64,000 bases of DNA, taken from NCBI GenBank assembly GCA_964016885.1, contig OZ024743.1, positions 233,864,001 to 233,928,000 of the forward strand, written 5' to 3'. The position numbers and the translations under genes were made by a program. The stretch comes from Eledone cirrhosa. Taxonomy: Eukaryota. Below the pieces are notes generated by a model. It made no database searches. It was not told where the DNA came from and worked only from the letters and a program-made list of their open reading frames with translations. Below, in pieces: positions 12,201 through 26,200 of this stretch. Numbering within the stretch: position 1 is the first letter of the stretch; the number at the start of each line of letters is the position of its first letter.

Positions 12201-14645
12201 CGATCCGACCACGGGCGGCCGGCCCGCGATTGAAAAGGTAACTCCGCCGGCAAATCGTCATTTTTGGATTCGTTTTCTTCGAAGCACACCATTCGCCGGC
12301 GGACTTTGTTGACGTTTAACACGGTTTGGTTCCACAGCCACAACTATTGATTTTACGGAGATATCTTGCTGAAATTCACGCCACACATAGCCAATGAGTG
12401 TCTGCACATGTATCAGTAATTACAGATCGATCCGACCACGGGCGGCCGGCCCGCGATTGAAAAGGTAACTCCGCCGGCAAATCGTCATTTTTGGATTCGT
12501 TTTCTTCGAAGCACACCATTCGCCGGCGGACTTTGTTGACGTTTAACACGGTTTGGTTCCACAGCCACAACTATTGATTTTACGGAGATATCTTGCTGAA
12601 ATTCACGCCACACATAGCCAATGAGTGTCTGCACATGTACCAGTAATTACAGATCGATCCGACCACGGGCGGCCGGCCCGCGATTGAAAAGGTAACTCCG
12701 CCGGCAAATCGTCATTTTTGGATTCGTTTTCTTCGAAGCACACCATTCGCCGGCTGACTTTGTTGATGTTTAACACGGTTTGGTTCCACAGCCACAACTA
12801 TTGATTTTAAGGAGATATCTTGCTGAAATTCACGCCACACATAGCCAATGAGTGTCTGCACAGGTACCAGTAATTACAGATCGATCCGACCACGGGCGGC
12901 CGGCCCGCTATTGAAAAGGTAACTCCGCCGGCAAATCGTCATTTTTGGATTCGTTTTCTTCGAAGCACACCATTCGCCGGCGGACTTTGTTGACGTTTAA
13001 CACGGTTTGGTTCCACAGCCACAACTATTGATTTTACGGAGATATCTTGCTGAAATTCACGCCACACATAGCCAATGAGTGTCTGCACATGTACCAGTAA
13101 TTACAGATCGATCCGACCACGGGCGGCCGGCCCGCGATTGAAAAGGTAACTCCGCCGGCAAATCGTCATTTTTGGATTCGTTTTCTTCGAAGCACACCAT
13201 TCGCCGGCGGACTTTGTTGACGTTTAACACGGTTTGGTTCCACAGCCACAACTATTGATTTTACGGAGATATCTTGCTGAAATTCACGCCACACATAGCC
13301 AATGAGTGTCTGCACATGTACCAGTAATTACAGATCGATCCGACCACGGGCGGTCGGTTTGCGATTGAAAAGGTAACTCCGCCGGCAAATCGTCATTTTT
13401 GGATTCGTTTTCTTCGAAGCACACCATTCGCCGGCTGACTTTGTTGACGTTTAACACGGTTTGGTTCCACAGCCACAACTATTGATTTTACGGAGATATC
13501 TTGCTGAAATTCACGCCACACATAGCCAATGAGTGTCTGCACATGTACCAGTAATTACAGATCGATCCGACCACGGGCGGTCGGTTTGCGATTGAAAAGG
13601 TAACTCCGCCGGCAAATCGTCATTTTTGGATTCGTTTTCTTCGAAGCACACCATTCGCCGGCGGACTTTGTTGACGTTTAACACGGTTTGGTTCCACAGC
13701 CACAACTATTGATTTTACGGAGATATCTTGCTGAAATTCACGCCACACATAGCCAATGAGTGTCTGCACATGTATCAGTAATTACAGATCGATCCGACCA
13801 CGGGCGGCCGGCCCGCGATTGAAAAGGTAACTCCGCCGGCAAATCGTCATTTTTGGATTCGTTTTCTTCGAAGCACACCATTCGCCGGCGGACTTTGTTG
13901 ACGTTTAACACGGTTTGGTTCCACAGCCACAACTATTGATTTTACGGAGATATCTTGCTGAAATTCACGCCACACATAGCCAATGAGTGTCTGCACATGT
14001 ACCAGTAATTACAGATCGATCCGACCACGGGCGGCCGGCCCGCGATTGAAAAGGTAACTCCGCCGGCAAATCGTCATTTTTGGATTCGTTTTCTTCGAAG
14101 CACACCATTCGCCGGCGGACTTTGTTGACGTTTAACACGGTTTGGTTCCACAGCCACAACTATTGATTTTACGGAGATATCTTGCTGAAATTCACGCCAC
14201 ACATAGCCAATGAGTGTCTGCACATGTACCAGTAATTACAGATCGATCCGACCACGGGCGGTCGGTTTGCGATTGAAAAGGTAACTCCGCCGGCAAATCG
14301 TCATTTTTGGATTCGTTTTCTTCGAAGCACACCATTCGCCGGCGGACTTTGTTGACGTTTAACACGGTTTGGTTCCACAGCCACAACTATTGATTTTACG
14401 GAGATATCTTGCTGAAATTCACGCCACACATAGCCAATGAGTGTCTGCACATGTATCAGTAATTACAGATCGATCCGACCACGGGCGGCCGGCCCGCGAT
14501 TGAAAAGGTAACTCCGCCGGCAAATCGTCATTTTTGGATTCGTTTTCTTCGAAGCACACCATTCGCCGGCGGACTTTGTTGACGTTTAACACGGTTTGGT
14601 TCCACAGCCACAACTATTGATTTTACGGAGATATCTTGCTGAAAT

Positions 14646-17600
14646 TCACGCCACACATAGCCAATGAGTGTCTGCACATGTACCAGTAATTACAGATCGA
14701 TCCGACCACGGGCGGCCGGCCCGCGATTGAAAAGGTAACTCCGCCGGCAAATCGTCATTTTTGGATTCGTTTTCTTCGAAGCACACCATTCGCCGGCGGA
14801 CTTTGTTGACGTTTAACACGGTTTGGTTCCACAGCCACAACTATTGATTTTACGGAGATATCTTGCTGAAATTCACGCCACACATAGCCAATGAGTCTCT
14901 GCACATGTACCATTAATTACAGATCGATCCGACCACGGGCGGTCGGTTTGCGATTGAAAAGGTAACTCCGCCGGCAAATCGTCATTTTTGGATTCGTTTT
15001 CTTCGAAGCACACCATTCGCCGGCGGACTTTGTTGACGTTTAACACGGTTTGGTTCCACAGCCACAACTATTGATTTTACGGAGATATCTTGCTGAAATT
15101 CACGCCACACATAGCCAATGAGTGTCTGCACATGTATCAGTAATTACAGATCGATCCGACCACGGGCGGCCGGCCCGCGATTGAAAAGGTAACTCCGCCG
15201 GCAAATCGTCATTTTTGGATTCGTTTTCTTCGAAGCACACCATTCGCCGGCGGACTTTGTTGACGTTTAACACGGTTTGGTTCCACAGCCACAACTATTG
15301 ATTTTACGGAGATATCTTGCTGAAATTCACGCCACACATAGCCAATGAGTGTCTGCACATGTACCAGTAATTACAGATCGATCCGACCACGGGCGGCCGG
15401 CCCGCGATTGAAAAGGTAACTCCGCCGGCAAATCGTCATTTTTGGATTCGTTTTCTTCGAAGCACACCATTCGCCGGCTGACTTTGTTGATGTTTAACAC
15501 GGTTTGGTTCCACAGCCACAACTATTGATTTTAAGGAGATATCTTGCTGAAATTCACGCCACACATAGCCAATGAGTGTCTGCACAGGTACCAGTAATTA
15601 CAGATCGATCCGACCACGGGCGGCCGGCCCGCTATTGAAAAGGTAACTCCGCCGGCAAATCGTCATTTTTGGATTCGTTTTCTTCGAAGCACACCATTCG
15701 CCGGCGGACTTTGTTGACGTTTAACACGGTTTGGTTCCACAGCCACAACTATTGATTTTACGGAGATATCTTGCTGAAATTCACGCCACACATAGCCAAT
15801 GAGTGTCTGCACATGTACCAGTAATTACAGATCGATCCGACCACGGGCGGCCGGCCCGCGATTGAAAAGGTAACTCCGCCGGCAAATCGTCATTTTTGGA
15901 TTCGTTTTCTTCGAAGCACACCATTCGCCGGCGGACTTTGTTGACGTTTAACACGGTTTGGTTCCACAGCCACAACTATTGATTTTACGGAGATATCTTG
16001 CTGAAATTCACGCCACACATAGCCAATGAGTGTCTGCACATGTACCAGTAATTACAGATCGATCCGACCACGGGCGGTCGGTTTGCGATTGAAAAGGTAA
16101 CTCCGCCGGCAAATCGTCATTTTTGGATTCGTTTTCTTCGAAGCACACCATTCGCCAGCTGACTTTGTTGACGTTTAACACGGTTTGGTTCCACAGCCAC
16201 AACTATTGATTTTAAGGAGATATCTTGCTGAAATTCACGCCACACATAGCCAATGAGTGTCTGCACATGTACCAGTAATTACAGATCGATCCGACCACGG
16301 GCGGCCGGCCCGCGATTGAAAAGGTAACTCCGCCGGCAAATCGTCATTTTTGGATTCGTTTTCTTCGAAGCACACCATTCGCCGGCGGACTTTGTTGACG
16401 TTTAACACGGTTTGGTTCCACAGCCACAACTATTGATTTTACGGAGATATCTTGCTGAAATTCACGCCACACATAGCCAATGAGTGTCTTCACATGTACC
16501 AGTAATTACAGATCGATCCGACCACGGGCGGCCGGCCCGCGATTGAAAAGGTAACTCCGCCGGCAAATCGTCATTTTTGGATTCGTTTTCTTCGAAGCAC
16601 ACCATTCGCCGGCGGACTTTGTTGACGTTTAACACGGTTTGGTTCCACAGCCACAACTATTGATTTTACGGAGATATCTTGCTGAAATTCACGCCACACA
16701 TAGCCAATGAGTGTCTGCACATGTACCAGTAATTACAGATCGATCCGACCACGGGCGGCCGGCCCGCGATTGAAAAGGTAACTCCGCCGGCAAATCGTCA
16801 TTTTTGGATTCGTTTTCTTCGAAGCACACCATTCGCCGGCTGACTTTGTTGATGTTTAACACGGTTTGGTTCCACAGCCACAACTATTGATTTTAAGGAG
16901 ATATCTTGCTGAAATTCACGCCACACATAGCCAATGAGTGTCTGCACAGGTACCAGTAATTACAGATCGATCCGACCACGGGCGGCCGGCCCGCTATTGA
17001 AAAGGTAACTCCGCCGGCAAATCGTCATTTTTGGATTCGTTTTCTTCGAAGCACACCATTCGCCGGCGGACTTTGTTGACGTTTAACACGGTTTGGTTCC
17101 ACAGCCACAACTATTGATTTTACGGAGATATCTTGCTGAAATTCACGCCACACATAGCCAATGAGTGTCTGCACATGTACCAGTAATTACAGATCGATCC
17201 GACCACGGGCGGCCGGCCCGCGATTGAAAAGGTAACTCCGCCGGCAAATCGTCATTTTTGGATTCGTTTTCTTCGAAGCACACCATTCGCCGGCGGACTT
17301 TGTTGACGTTTAACACGGTTTGGTTCCACAGCCACAACTATTGATTTTACGGAGATATCTTGCTGAAATTCACGCCACACATAGCCAATGAGTCTCTGCA
17401 CATGTACCATTAATTACAGATCGATCCGACCACGGGCGGTCGGTTTGCGATTGAAAAGGTAACTCCTCCGGCAAATCGTCATTTTTGGATTCGTTTTCTT
17501 CGAAGCACACCATTCGCCGGCGGACTTTGTTGACGTTTAACACGGTTTGGTTCCACAGCCACAACTATTGATTTTACGGAGATATCTTGCTGAAATTCAC

Positions 17601-19639
17601 GCCACACATAGCCAATGAGTGTCTGCACATGTATCAGTAATTACAGATCGATCCGACCACGGGCGGCCGGCCCGCGATTGAAAAGGTAACTCCGCCGGCA
17701 AATCGTCATTTTTGGATTCGTTTTCTTCGAAGCACACCATTCGCCGGCGGACTTTGTTGACGTTTAACACGGTTTGGTTCCACAGCCACAACTATTGATT
17801 TTACGGAGATATCTTGCTGAAATTCACGCCACACATAGCCAATGAGTGTCTGCACATGTACCAGTAATTACAGATCGATCCGACCACGGGCGGCCGGCCC
17901 GCGATTGAAAAGGTAACTCCGCCGGCAAATCGTCATTTTTGGATTCGTTTTCTTCGAAGCACACCATTCGCCGGCTGACTTTGTTGATGTTTAACACGGT
18001 TTGGTTCCACAGCCACAACTATTGATTTTAAGGAGATATCTTGCTGAAATTCACGCCACACATAGCCAATGAGTGTCTGCACAGGTACCAGTAATTACAG
18101 ATCGATCCGACCACGGGCGGCCGGCCCGCTATTGAAAAGGTAACTCCGCCGGCAAATCGTCATTTTTGGATTCGTTTTCTTCGAAGCACACCATTCGCCG
18201 GCGGACTTTGTTGACGTTTAACACGGTTTGGTTCCACAGCCACAACTATTGATTTTACGGAGATATCTTGCTGAAATTCACGCCACACATAGCCAATGAG
18301 TGTCTGCACATGTACCAGTAATTACAGATCGATCCGACCACGGGCGGCCGGCCCGCGATTGAAAAGGTAACTCCGCCGGCAAATCGTCATTTTTGGATTC
18401 GTTTTCTTCGAAGCACACCATTCGCCGGCGGACTTTGTTGACGTTTAACACGGTTTGGTTCCACAGCCACAACTATTGATTTTACGGAGATATCTTGCTG
18501 AAATTCACGCCACACATAGCCAATGAGTGTCTGCACATGTACCAGTAATTACAGATCGATCCGACCACGGGCGGTCGGTTTGCGATTGAAAAGGTAACTC
18601 CGCCGGCAAATCGTCATTTTTGGATTCGTTTTCTTCGAAGCACACCATTCGCCAGCTGACTTTGTTGACGTTTAACACGGTTTGGTTCCACAGCCACAAC
18701 TATTGATTTTAAGGAGATATCTTGCTGAAATTCACGCCACACATAGCCAATGAGTGTCTGCACATGTACCAGTAATTACAGATCGATCCGACCACGGGCG
18801 GCCGGCCCGCGATTGAAAAGGTAACTCCGCCGGCAAATCGTCATTTTTGGATTCGTTTTCTTCGAAGCACACCATTCGCCGGCGGACTTTGTTGACGTTT
18901 AACACGGTTTGGTTCCACAGCCACAACTATTGATTTTACGGAGATATCTTGCTGAAATTCACGCCACACATAGCCAATGAGTGTCTTCACATGTACCAGT
19001 AATTACAGATCGATCCGACCACGGGCGGCCGGCCCGCGATTGAAAAGGTAACTCCGCCGGCAAATCGTCATTTTTGGATTCGTTTTCTTCGAAGCACACC
19101 ATTCGCCGGCGGACTTTGTTGACGTTTAACACGGTTTGGTTCCACAGCCACAACTATTGATTTTACGGAGATATCTTGCTGAAATTCACGCCACACATAG
19201 CCAATGAGTGTCTGCACATGTACCAGTAATTACAGATCGATCCGACCACGGGCGGCCGGCCCGCGATTGAAAAGGTAACTCCGCCGGCAAATCGTCATTT
19301 TTGGATTCGTTTTCTTCGAAGCACACCATTCGCCGGCTGACTTTGTTGATGTTTAACACGGTTTGGTTCCACAGCCACAACTATTGATTTTAAGGAGATA
19401 TCTTGCTGAAATTCACGCCACACATAGCCAATGAGTGTCTGCACAGGTACCAGTAATTACAGATCGATCCGACCACGGGCGGCCGGCCCGCTATTGAAAA
19501 GGTAACTCCGCCGGCAAATCGTCATTTTTGGATTCGTTTTCTTCGAAGCACACCATTCGCCGGCGGACTTTGTTGACGTTTAACACGGTTTGGTTCCACA
19601 GCCACAACTATTGATTTTACGGAGATATCTTGCTGAAAT
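14646..19639. repeat. Tandem duplication of an 11-monomer block (2 x 2497 bp)
   Basis: The order of monomer variants is the same in 14646-17142 and 17143-19639. The 40A markers at 16157 and 18654 are 2497 bp apart. One private SNP lies at 17467. Confidence 0.9.
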
Positions 19640-22600
19640 TCACGCCACACATAGCCAATGAGTGTCTGCACATGTACCAGTAATTACAGATCGATCCGAC
19701 CACGGGCGGCCGGCCCGCGATTGAAAAGGTAACTCCGCCGGCAAATCGTCATTTTTGGATTCGTTTTCTTCGAAGCACACCATTCGCCGGCGGACTTTGT
19801 TGACGTTTAACACGGTTTGGTTCCACAGCCACAACTATTGATTTTACGGAGATATCTTGCTGAAATTCACGCCACACATAGCCAATGAGTGTCTGCACAT
19901 GTACCAGTAATTACAGATCGATCCGACCACGGGCGGTCGGTTTGCGATTGAAAAGGTAACTCCGCCGGCAAATCGTCATTTTTGGATTCGTTTTCTTCGA
20001 AGCACACCATTCGCCGGCTGACTTTGTTGACGTTTAACACGGTTTGGTTCCACAGCCACAACTATTGATTTTACGGAGATATCTTGCTGAAATTCACGCC
20101 ACACATAGCCAATGAGTGTCTGCACATGTACCAGTAATTACAGATCGATCCGACCACGGGCGGCCGGCCCGCGATTGAAAAGGTAACTCCGCCGGCAAAT
20201 CGTCATTTTTGGATTCGTTTTCTTCGAAGCACACCATTCGCCGGCGGACTTTGTTGACGTTTAACACGGTTTGGTTCCACAGCCACAACTATTGATTTTA
20301 CGGAGATATCTTGCTGAAATTCACGCCACACATAGCCAATGAGTGTCTGCACATGTACCAGTAATTACAGATCGATCCGACCACGGGCGGTCGGTTTGCG
20401 ATTGAAAAGGTAACTCCGCCGGCAAATCGTCATTTTTGGATTCGTTTTCTTCGAAGCACACCATTCGCCGGCTGACTTTGTTGACGTTTAACACGGTTTG
20501 GTTCCACAGCCACAACTATTGATTTTACGGAGATATCTTGCTGAAATTCACGCCACACATAGCCAATGAGTGTCTGCACATGTACCAGTAATTACAGATC
20601 GATCCGACCACGGGCGGTCGGTTTGCGATTGAAAAGGTAACTCCGCCGGCAAATCGTCATTTTTGGATTCGTTTTCTTCGAAGCACACCATTCGCCGGCG
20701 GACTTTGTTGACGTTTAACACGGTTTGGTTCCACAGCCACAACTATTGATTTTACGGAGATATCTTGCTGAAATTCACGCCACACATAGCCAATGAGTGT
20801 CTGCACATGTATCAGTAATTACAGATCGATCCGACCACGGGCGGCCGGCCCGCGATTGAAAAGGTAACTCCGCCGGCAAATCGTCATTTTTGGATTCGTT
20901 TTCTTCGAAGCACACCATTCGCCGGCGGACTTTGTTGACGTTTAACACGGTTTGGTTCCACAGCCACAACTATTGATTTTACGGAGATATCTTGCTGAAA
21001 TTCACGCCACACATAGCCAATGAGTGTCTGCACATGTACCAGTAATTACAGATCGATCCGACCACGGGCGGTCGGTTTGCGATTGAAAAGGTAACTCCGC
21101 CGGCAAATCGTCATTTTTGGATTCGTTTTCTTCGAAGCACACCATTCGCCGGCTGACTTTGTTGACGTTTAACACGGTTTGGTTCCACAGCCACAACTAT
21201 TGATTTTACGGAGATATCTTGCTGAAATTCACGCCACACATAGCCAATGAGTGTCTGCACATGTACCAGTAATTACAGATCGATCCGACCACGGGCGGTC
21301 GGTTTGCGATTGAAAAGGTAACTCCGCCGGCAAATCGTCATTTTTGGATTCGTTTTCTTCGAAGCACACCATTCGCCGGCGGACTTTGTTGACGTTTAAC
21401 ACGGTTTGGTTCCACAGCCACAACTATTGATTTTACGGAGATATCTTGCTGAAATTCACGCCACACATAGCCAATGAGTGTCTGCACATGTATCAGTAAT
21501 TACAGATCGATCCGACCACGGGCGGCCGGCCCGCGATTGAAAAGGTAACTCCGCCGGCAAATCGTCATTTTTGGATTCGTTTTCTTCGAAGCACACCATT
21601 CGCCGGCGGACTTTGTTGACGTTTAACACGGTTTGGTTCCACAGCCACAACTATTGATTTTACGGAGATATCTTGCTGAAATTCACGCCACACATAGCCA
21701 ATGAGTGTCTGCACATGTACAAGTAATTACAGATCGATCCGACCACGGGCGGCCGGCCCGCGATTGAAAAGGTAACTCCGCCGGCAAATCGTCATTTTTG
21801 GATTCGTTTTCTTCGAAGCACACCATTCGCCGGCGGACTTTGTTGACGTTTAACACGGTTTGGTTCCACAGCCACAACTATTGATTTTACGGAGATATCT
21901 TGCTGAAATTCACGCCACACATAGCCAATGAGTGTCTGCACATGTACCAGTAATTACAAATCGATCCGACCACGGGCGGCCGGCCCGCGATTGAAAAGGT
22001 AACTCCGCCGGCAAATCGTCATTTTTGGATTCGTTTTCTTCGAAGCACACCATTCGCCGGCGGACTTTGTTGACGTTTAACACGGTTTGGTTCCACAGCC
22101 ACAACTATTGATTTTACGGAGATATCTTGCTGAAATTCACGCCACACATAGCCAATGAGTGTCTGCACATGTACCAGTAATTACAGATCGATCCGACCAC
22201 GGGCGGTCGGTTTGCGATTGAAAAGGTAACTCCGCCGGCAAATCGTCATTTTTGGATTCGTTTTCTTCGAAGCACACCATTCGCCGGCTGACTTTGTTGA
22301 CGTTTAACACGGTTTGGTTCCACAGCCACAACTATTGATTTTACGGAGATATCTTGCTGAAATTCACGCCACACATAGCCAATGAGTGTCTGCACATGTA
22401 CCAGTAATTACAGATCGATCCGACCACGGGCGGTCGGTTTGCGATTGAAAAGGTAACTCCGCCGGCAAATCGTCATTTTTGGATTCGTTTTCTTCGAAGC
22501 ACACCATTCGCCAGCTGACTTTGTTGACGTTTAACACGGTTTGGTTCCACAGCCACAACTATTGATTTTAAGGAGATATCTTGCTGAAATTCACGCCACA

Positions 22601-23271
22601 CATAGCCAATGAGTGTCTGCACATGTACCAGTAATTACAGATCGATCCGACCACGGGCGGCCGGCCCGCGATTGAAAAGGTAACTCCGCCGGCAAATCGT
22701 CATTTTTGGATTCGTTTTCTTCGAAGCACACCATTCGCCGGCGGACTTTGTTGACGTTTAACACGGTTTGGTTCCACAGCCACAACTATTGATTTTACGG
22801 AGATATCTTGCTGAAATTCACGCCACACATAGCCAATGAGTCTCTGCACATGTACCATTAATTACAGATCGATCCGACCACGGGCGGTCGGTTTGCGATT
22901 GAAAAGGTAACTCCGCCGGCAAATCGTCATTTTTGGATTCGTTTTCTTCGAAGCACACCATTCGCCGGCTGACTTTGTTGACGTTTAACACGGTTTGGTT
23001 CCACAGCCACAACTATTGATTTTAAGGAGATATCTTGCTGAAATTCACGCCACACATAGCCAATGAGTGTCTGCACAGGTACCAGTAATTACAGATCGAT
23101 CCGACCACGGGCGGCCGGCCCGCGATTGAAAAGGTAACTCCGCCGGCAAATCGTCATTTTTGGATTCGTTTTCTTCGAAGCACACCATTCGCCGGCGGAC
23201 TTTGTTGACGTTTAACACGGTTTGGTTCCACAGCCACAACTATTGATTTTACGGAGATATCTTGCTGAAAT

Positions 23272-26200
23272 TCACGCCACACATAGCCAATGAGTGTCTG
23301 CACATGTATCAGTAATTACAGATCGATCCGACCACGGGCGGCCGGCCCGCGATTGAAAAGGTAACTCCGCCGGCAAATCGTCATTTTTGGATTCGTTTTC
23401 TTCGAAGCACACCATTCGCCGGCGGACTTTGTTGACGTTTAACACGGTTTGGTTCCACAGCCACAACTATTGATTTTACGGAGATATCTTGCTGAAATTC
23501 ACGCCACACATAGCCAATGAGTGTCTGCACATGTACCAGTAATTACAGATCGATCCGACCACGGGCGGCCGGCCCGCGATTGAAAAGGTAACTCCGCCGG
23601 CAAATCGTCATTTTTGGATTCGTTTTCTTCGAAGCACACCATTCGCCGGCTGACTTTGTTGATGTTTAACACGGTTTGGTTCCACAGCCACAACTATTGA
23701 TTTTAAGGAGATATCTTGCTGAAATTCACGCCACACATAGCCAATGAGTGTCTGCACAGGTACCAGTAATTACAGATCGATCCGACCACGGGCGGCCGGC
23801 CCGCTATTGAAAAGGTAACTCCGCCGGCAAATCGTCATTTTTGGATTCGTTTTCTTCGAAGCACACCATTCGCCGGCGGACTTTGTTGACGTTTAACACG
23901 GTTTGGTTCCACAGCCACAACTATTGATTTTACGGAGATATCTTGCTGAAATTCACGCCACACATAGCCAATGAGTGTCTGCACATGTACCAGTAATTAC
24001 AGATCGATCCGACCACGGGCGGCCGGCCCGCGATTGAAAAGGTAACTCCGCCGGCAAATCGTCATTTTTGGATTCGTTTTCTTCGAAGCACACCATTCGC
24101 CGGCGGACTTTGTTGACGTTTAACACGGTTTGGTTCCACAGCCACAACTATTGATTTTACGGAGATATCTTGCTGAAATTCACGCCACACATAGCCAATG
24201 AGTGTCTGCACATGTACCAGTAATTACAGATCGATCCGACCACGGGCGGTCGGTTTGCGATTGAAAAGGTAACTCCGCCGGCAAATCGTCATTTTTGGAT
24301 TCGTTTTCTTCGAAGCACACCATTCGCCGGCGGACTTTGTTGACGTTTAACACGGTTTGGTTCCACAGCCACAACTATTGATTTTACGGAGATATCTTGC
24401 TGAAATTCACGCCACACATAGCCAATGAGTGTCTGCACATGTATCAGTAATTACAGATCGATCCGACCACGGGCGGCCGGCCCGCGATTGAAAAGGTAAC
24501 TCCGCCGGCAAATCGTCATTTTTGGATTCGTTTTCTTCGAAGCACACCATTCGCCGGCGGACTTTGTTGACGTTTAACACGGTTTGGTTCCACAGCCACA
24601 ACTATTGATTTTACGGAGATATCTTGCTGAAATTCACGCCACACATAGCCAATGAGTGTCTGCACATGTACCAGTAATTACAGATCGATCCGACCACGGG
24701 CGGCCGGCCCGCGATTGAAAAGGTAACTCCGCCGGCAAATCGTCATTTTTGGATTCGTTTTCTTCGAAGCACACCATTCGCCGGCGGACTTTGTTGACGT
24801 TTAACACGGTTTGGTTCCACAGCCACAACTATTGATTTTACGGAGATATCTTGCTGAAATTCACGCCACACATAGCCAATGAGTCTCTGCACATGTACCA
24901 TTAATTACAGATCGATCCGACCACGGGCGGTCGGTTTGCGATTGAAAAGGTAACTCCGCCGGCAAATCGTCATTTTTGGATTCGTTTTCTTCGAAGCACA
25001 CCATTCGCCGGCGGACTTTGTTGACGTTTAACACGGTTTGGTTCCACAGCCACAACTATTGATTTTACGGAGATATCTTGCTGAAATTCACGCCACACAT
25101 AGCCAATGAGTGTCTGCACATGTACCAGTAATTACAGATCGATCCGACCACGGGCGGCCGGCCCGCGATTGAAAAGGTAACTCCGCCGGCAAATCGTCAT
25201 TTTTGGATTCGTTTTCTTCGAAGCACACCATTCGCCGGCGGACTTTGTTGACGTTTAACACGGTTTGGTTCCACAGCCACAACTATTGATTTTACGGAGA
25301 TATCTTGCTGAAATTCACGCCACACATAGCCAATGAGTGTCTGCACATGTACCAGTAATTACAGATCGATCCGACCACGGGCGGTCGGTTTGCGATTGAA
25401 AAGGTAACTCCGCCGGCAAATCGTCATTTTTGGATTCGTTTTCTTCGAAGCACACCATTCGCCGGCGGACTTTGTTGACGTTTAACACGGTTTGGTTCCA
25501 CAGCCACAACTATTGATTTTACGGAGATATCTTGCTGAAATTCACGCCACACATAGCCAATGAGTGTCTGCACATGTATCAGTAATTACAGATCGATCCG
25601 ACCACGGGCGGCCGGCCCGCGATTGAAAAGGTAACTCCGCCGGCAAATCGTCATTTTTGGATTCGTTTTCTTCGAAGCACACCATTCGCCGGCGGACTTT
25701 GTTGACGTTTAACACGGTTTGGTTCCACAGCCACAACTATTGATTTTACGGAGATATCTTGCTGAAATTCACGCCACACATAGCCAATGAGTGTCTGCAC
25801 ATGTACCAGTAATTACAGATCGATCCGACCACGGGCGGCCGGCCCGCGATTGAAAAGGTAACTCCGCCGGCAAATCGTCATTTTTGGATTCGTTTTCTTC
25901 GAAGCACACCATTCGCCGGCGGACTTTGTTGACGTTTAACACGGTTTGGTTCCACAGCCACAACTATTGATTTTACGGAGATATCTTGCTGAAATTCACG
26001 CCACACATAGCCAATGAGTCTCTGCACATGTACCATTAATTACAGATCGATCCGACCACGGGCGGTCGGTTTGCGATTGAAAAGGTAACTCCGCCGGCAA
26101 ATCGTCATTTTTGGATTCGTTTTCTTCGAAGCACACCATTCGCCGGCGGACTTTGTTGACGTTTAACACGGTTTGGTTCCACAGCCACAACTATTGATTT

